NCBI GenBank assembly: GCA_051362555.1
Contig: CM120642.1
Span: forward strand, 22,382,001 to 22,446,000
From: Lingula anatina
Taxonomy: Eukaryota; Animalia; Brachiopoda
Length of the DNA: 64,000 nucleotides
Direction of reading: 5' to 3'
The notes under the pieces were generated by a model that saw nothing but the letters and a program-made list of their open reading frames with translations, searched no databases and had not been told where the DNA came from. Of the stretch, positions 14,439-64,000 are shown one piece after another (the first letter of the stretch is position 1; each line of letters starts with the position of its first letter). The position numbers and the translations under genes are program-made.

Positions 14439-15458
14439 AACTATTCTTTACAGAGCCTTGTGCAAAATGTATATTGGTCATCAATACAGTTATTAATAAC
14501 TAAATTTAGACCAACACATGCTAGTCTGAGAGAAACGTTATATAAAATTAAAAAATATGCCGAAACAAGTTTTCCTAGTTACATGTACAAGACTTTTATA
14601 CAGTAGTGAAATCAGTGATTGTTTCTGTGAAAAAATACCATAATACACCACCCCTTGTTCTCTTCTCTAGGATTTAAAACAAAAAACAATTACTTTCCCG
14701 TTTACTTATGTCACACCACAATTATTTAACATATAACTCTTTTTTACACCACAGGACACATTTCATTAGAAAAAAATCATTGATGTAATATTTGCTGAAA
14801 CAAGTTGCTCTGATTCATTAGACTGCATACAAGAGGTAAATATGGCTACCCCCCCCCCCCACATAATTCATTAAAAATACTAAGTAACGATGCCTCACAC
14901 AAATAATAATAATAATATTTTTTCACTCAACAAATATATGCATAAACTTTATAATAGCAAATTATTTTAAGTAATAATATTTTTTCACTCAACAAATATA
15001 TGCATAAACTTTATAATAGCAAATTATTTTAAGAATTTGATGATAGGCACTTTGCTAATGGTAACCTGCACTCATTCTTTCAATACACAAAGATTCCATA
15101 ACATTTTTATCTCATTTTCTTTAACTTTTAGAGATCTGCATTTATGTTGAACATACTCTTATCTTAATGTATCTTTTATTTCTTTACTTGACCTATCTTT
15201 CTGCAACTATAACCTATTAGCTGCAATGAATTTAAATAAACATTATTATTCCCTATTGCCCGGCAATGTGGCCAACTCAACGGAAAAGTTGTGTCCAAGC
15301 ATTCGAATCATGGAACAATGGCAAAGAGAAGCAGTTAATGGTAATTAAAGTAATTATTTTGGGACATAAGAAGAATATACCAGTTGCTATCTACAATGCA
15401 AAAATCTTTTCAAAGACAAACCTTGAAAAAATGCCACTGCATGAAAAGTGAAAAATCA

Positions 15459-15515
<57 letters not shown>

Positions 15516-15549
15516 AATAATAAAAATAAATAAAATAAAAAATAATAAA

Positions 15550-17286
15550 CTAGAGGATCAGAGAGACTCAGCACATAAGGATCCTGAATTAACCGGTATA
15601 TCAGACCACACTACCCATTCAAGGTGTGTGTCAGAGCGCATTTCGGAGTATCATACCCCAGAACAAATTTTGTAGGACGACCGCAGGCTTATCCCGTCGG
15701 TATTCTGACTGATACTCCGAAATGCGATCTGACAAACACCTTGGAAACGGGTAGTGTGGTCCGACATACTGGTTAATTCCGGATCCTTATGTGCTGAGTC
15801 TGGTAGTTGGGTAGGCCTGATACAGCCTCCGGGTATTGTACCACCAGCTGGAGTTAGCACATTCTTATGTAAAAGCAAAAAAGGACACCACCTCTAGTGT
15901 TGTGCTTGACAAAATCTACAAAATGCAGTCTAAAGTTCTAAACATTTTTATTGAAAATTACAATTTAAAACAAAATCATGGGGAAGAGTAAAAGTTAAAT
16001 CCAAATTTGTGAAGTGCGATTCATGGCGAAAAAAAAGGTCATAGGTCAATTTTAAGATCAAAATTAGATTGCCAGTATACGACTTCCTATTCAAGTTCAA
16101 TAAACTATGGGCCTATCTCTGCCTGTTTTGGAGATATAAGGGACTAAATGTTATAATGTTAGAGTTACCTCTGCTAGTTTTGGAGATACAAGGGACAAAA
16201 AAGTTGCAAATTTCAGTCCATGGTGAAAAGTAAGTCAAAGGTCAATTTTAAGGTCACAGTTAGATTGCCAGCATATGACTTCCTATTCAACTTCAATAAA
16301 CTATGGGCCTATCTCTGCCTGTTTTGGAGATATAAGGGACTAAATGTTATAATGTTAGAGTTACAATAATGTGCCATAAATTTCCTACAGAAGAAATTAA
16401 TTGAAATAAAGAAAAGGTCATTTTGGTTGAAATTCTTGAAATTGGAGGGGCTCAGAAGTTCCATATGTTCAAATTCCATGAAATGTCATTTTTGACCAGA
16501 AGTTGTCTGCCTCACCCAGCCTTATGTTATCTTTTCCAGACGTTCAAAATTTTATGCATATTACCATATTGCACATTTTACTTTCACCACCACAATATAC
16601 TTTTTGATACAGCATAACTCGTAAACAGTATGGAAAACAATAAAACGGAGACCACCTCCAGTGTTGGGCTCGACTTACTCCATCGAGCTTGCATTAACGG
16701 TTCCAGAATTAGAGAGAATTTTCTGTTTCGGCATCTTATGGCTGCTGCTCCCATGAAAATGCAACGATTGACCCCAAACTCACGGAGGTGAAAGATGACC
16801 TGAAGGGTAACACCTGCCAGTAATATTATAGATTAGGTCTGGGTAGTTTCTGAATATCAGCACAAATAATTTTTTTTGGTCAAAAAAATTCCCTTTTTTT
16901 TAAATTTTGGCCCATTTGACCTTGAAATAAAGGTCAAAGGTCATATCCAAGGGCATATTTGAAATCTCCACATATTACTTTCCATCAGCTGTCTATAGAA
17001 ATTTTTCCCAAAATTCCTTCAGTATGGTAGATAATTCTAAGCATTTAATTTTGCCAATTTTGGACAAGGGTGCATTGCAATGAGAAACCTAGACCCCAGT
17101 ACGGACAAAGCCCAAATTTTACGTGGAGTGAGTTGAGATTATACATGACCTAAATCCAAGAGATGGGTATGCAGGCTCATGTAGTCTAAGAGGAGAAGTG
17201 GTAACGGTGACATGGCGGCAGAGCTGGCGGACAGGACGGGACTAAAACCATGTGTACTGCCAGCGACCACGCTGGTGGTACAATAA
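15550..17286 (-). mobile_element. HINE family A copy
   Basis: CTAGAGGATCAGAG...ATTGTACCACCAGC subTIR at one end; GTACTGCCAGCG-ACCA-CGCTGGTGGTACAAT hairpin/subTIR at the other; internal satellite monomers. Confidence 0.82.
15564..15818. mobile_element. Fold-back MITE inserted in the 3' stem-loop of a HINE-A; relative at 59651-59940
   Basis: Long inverted arms AGACTCAGCACATAAGGATCC / GGATCCTTATGTGCTGAGTCT; end GGTAGTTGGGTAGGCCT is the reverse complement of AGGCCTACCCAACTACC at 59651. Confidence 0.7.
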
Positions 17287-17398
17287 TAATAATAAAACTA
17301 CACAACTTTAAATATGGCCAAATAAAGCTGATATTCAAAATTGATCTGTACTTTGGATCACTCAAGTAAGGTTGAAGATTTTGTCACAGGGTTTTCCA

Positions 17399-17763
17399 TT
17401 TATTGCAATAATTGCTGTAATTAAAAGTGCACAGGAAAAACAATGGCAGATGCATGTGATGGATGAACAGACACGATGTCTAAACATGAAAGATGTTACA
17501 AAAGCAGCTTGCTTCTTTAATCTGTGAAAAAGTTCAATGCAAAAAGACGCTCAGTCATCATTTCAAGGCAATACCCATCACCTTAAAACATGGCAAAAGT
17601 GGAATATGCCTGTTTATGTAAGAGTTATTTTTAATTTTTTTAAACATCTGTATATTTACAAGCTCTCCTGCAAGCTGTCTAGCAGACGCCTGTGATACCA
17701 TATTCCAGTGTGTGTGTGCCATACTTAAAATGACAATGGTTTTGTACAGGAAATGCATTTATT
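17399..17763 (-). promoter_or_regulatory. Candidate DNMT1 polyadenylation signals (AATAAA at 17758-17763 and 17399-17404)
   Basis: TTTATT on plus strand downstream of stop; the hexamer is common in AT-rich DNA. Confidence 0.35.
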
Positions 17764-17808
17764 CCTTCAAAATGAGCAATGTTTGGATGACATCATGTGT
17801 ATCCTCCT

Positions 17809-61504
<43,696 letters not shown>

Positions 61505-61910
61505 CTGGATGTACGATAAAAAAAAAATAATAATAATAAAAAATATAATAATAGTAATAATAATAATAAAAATTCTTAATACTGCACCAAACATGCACCT
61601 CAGCATTTACATGTAAAAACTGAAACTACAAAGACAAATTAAAAACTAAGGGACCATTCCCAGTCCCTATTGTACTAACTGTGGATCGATCCATCCCCAT
61701 GGGGATTCTCACTAAATTGCAATCAACTTAAGTGGCTTATATGCCTGTCACGCTTACTAAAGCTAGGGGGTAATTAATTATCTTTTAGCACCTTCAGTAG
61801 GACTGCCAAACATCTAAGCCACTTAAGCTGATAGCAATTTAACAAGAAACCCCTTGGAGAAGGATCGATCCTGTTAGATTGATCTAGGTATAAGGAACCA
61901 ATATAAAGTA

Positions 61911-63813
61911 ACAAGAGGATCAGAGAGTCAATACCACCTCTGGATACTCTGGATAATGTACCACCAGCTGGAATAAGCGCATTCATATGGAAAACAAAAC
62001 AAGGCAGCAAAGCTGTCAAATGTACAGACAAAAAGCAGGAAATAACAAAATAGGCTACTGTCAATTCTGATGTAAAAGTACATTATGTTAAACTGCAAAT
62101 TCAACATCAAATTTTAATTATGCTCAACAGGTAATACCAATGTAAGTAAAATGTGTAACAAGCATAAGGCTTCAGGCCCATGGGAGTTCAAGTTCACACT
62201 TTGAAAATGTAAAACTTCCAGAAAAAGAAGTCAATTAGACTGCTTTTCCAACTCGAGCTGCATTTTAGTCCTGTTTCTTTTTTAAAAGTTTGACAATCAT
62301 AAGTAATATGGTTTTCCCATGATGGTCATCATGGCAGCAATACCCAAAATTGTGTTTTCTTCTATTTTGATGCAATATTTCATAATGCTTTACAGCATAA
62401 AGACCATCATTTTTAAATAATAAAATATACGTATCGTGGATTTTCAGAAAATGTGACTAGCATGGGTCTTCAAGCCCAAGGTGGTTCTAAGTCACACCTT
62501 GAAATTGCCAATGTGTGAAAAATTAAATTTTCACAAAAAACTGATTAACTGCCAGAAAAATTTACCAAATAGACTGCACTGCCTAATGAAACTGTATTTT
62601 AGTCCCATGTTTCTTTCTTGTAAGTTTGAGAACAGTAAGTGACATAGTTTTCCTTAAATGGTCATCATGGGAACAGTGCCCAAAATAGGGGTTTCTTCAA
62701 ATTTTGATGCAATATTACATAATGTTTAACAGGATAATAACCATCAATTTTTAATAATAAAATATTAGTATCATGGATATTCAGAAAATGTGACTAGCAA
62801 AGGTCTTCAGGCCCATGGAACTTCAAAGTCACAACTTGAAAATGCCAAAATGTAGACAAGACAGTACTGTCCTGCAATGCATTTTTTTCCATTTTTAACA
62901 ATTTTTTAACATATAACAAAATTAACACTTTACTGCCATTTTTATATGATCAACTAAGAAAGTTGATGAGATGTGAAAAATATCAATAGAACAGTGTCAA
63001 ATGTCCAATTTCCTCCATTCTGAGTTTCTGAACATAATGAATGATTGAATCTTACAAACTGCAATAATATGAGTTTATTTCCATTTTTGACACTTTATTA
63101 CACAATACACGATAACAAGTTTACCATCATTTTTACATAATCAACTAATAATGTTGTAAAGATGCAGGAAATGTCAAACAAACACTTTTACGTATTTTAT
63201 TAATTAAATAATGAGACTGTTAACATGCCTAAGAATTGAATCTGAAGAAATGTGAAAAAACAGCATAACTTATAAAATAATGGCCCGATTATGCTGATTT
63301 TCGAACTTGACCTGCGTTTTAGTAAGTTTGATTACTCCTGTGAGTTTCATGACAACAGGCCTATCAGTTTTCTTTGAAATGTGTTAACAGTGTTGCATAT
63401 ATGCTGAAAAGTGAAAAAACAGCATAACTACTAAAATGGTGGCCCGATCATGCCGATTTTCGAACTTGACCTGCGTTTTAGTAAGATTGATTACTCCTGT
63501 GAGTTTCATGACAACAGGCCTATCGGTTTTCTTTGAAATGTGTTAACAGTGTTGCATATATGCTGAAAAGTGAAAAAACAGCATAAATTCTACAATAATG
63601 GCCCGATCATGCTGATTTTCGAACTTGACCTGCGTTTTATGAATATTCATCACCTCTGTAAATATAAAGCCAAAAAGTAAAACTGTCTTCCACTTATGGT
63701 GTTAACGCTGAAAGTGCACGGCGACGGCGACATCGACGGCGACATGAACGGCGACATGAACGGCGACGACAGACGCAGGTGATGGCAATATGTACAGACA
63801 CATGTACATAAAA
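61911..63813 (-). mobile_element. HINE-A 3' terminus (61911-61997) joined to a full HINE-B (61998-63813) with 159-bp monomers
   Basis: A stem-loop/subTIR followed directly by AACAAGGCAGCAAAGCTGTC; monomer anchors 63287, 63446, 63605. Confidence 0.8.
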
Positions 63814-64000
63814 ATATAATCTAATGAAGCTGCTATTCAGTGCTTCCTTATTATGGACACTGTTATCTAGCAGAGAGCTTAATCTTTGGGAGTTTACAGG
63901 GAAATATCAACAAGTGTGATTTATGAAATCTCATTTAATGGCCACTTAATCAGGCAAATGAGTTTATAGCACTAAACTTAGCCTAGTGAATACCCAAGGG

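Noticed and set aside
14912-15033. 62-bp exact tandem duplication (a similar 65-bp one lies near 7300-7420)
   Set aside because: Ordinary local slippage with no further structure.
15448-15675. Poly-lysine ORF
   Set aside because: It is the translation of a poly-A tract.

Overview
AT-rich eukaryotic (metazoan, probably invertebrate) genomic DNA, not prokaryotic. The only intact host gene is the 3' part of a DNMT1 maintenance cytosine methyltransferase on the minus strand. I could assemble 14 GT-AG exons (61504 down to stop at 17809; 2001 nt, 666 aa, frame consistent at every junction). They cover the end of BAH2, the GK linker and the catalytic domain with motifs I, IV, VI, VIII, IX, X and the TRD; the 5' exons lie beyond the right edge. 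Almost everything else is nested transposon debris. Three families of Helentron-associated non-autonomous elements (HINE-like A, B, C) occur; A carries a 146-bp and B a ~160-bp internal satellite, both with higher-order repeats. There are also several TIR elements/MITEs with readable TSDs (TA, TAA, 5 bp, 7 bp, degenerate 8 bp), a Tc1 relic and fragmented LINEs (L2/CR1-like, RTE-X, RTE-BovB, L1-Tx1). The most striking patterns are a ~25:1 orientation bias of the HINEs, a nucleosome-length satellite carrying DR1 nuclear-receptor motifs inside DNMT1 introns, and module exchange between HINE families. I found no convincing novel protein-coding system; most short ORFs in the track are repeat-derived noise.
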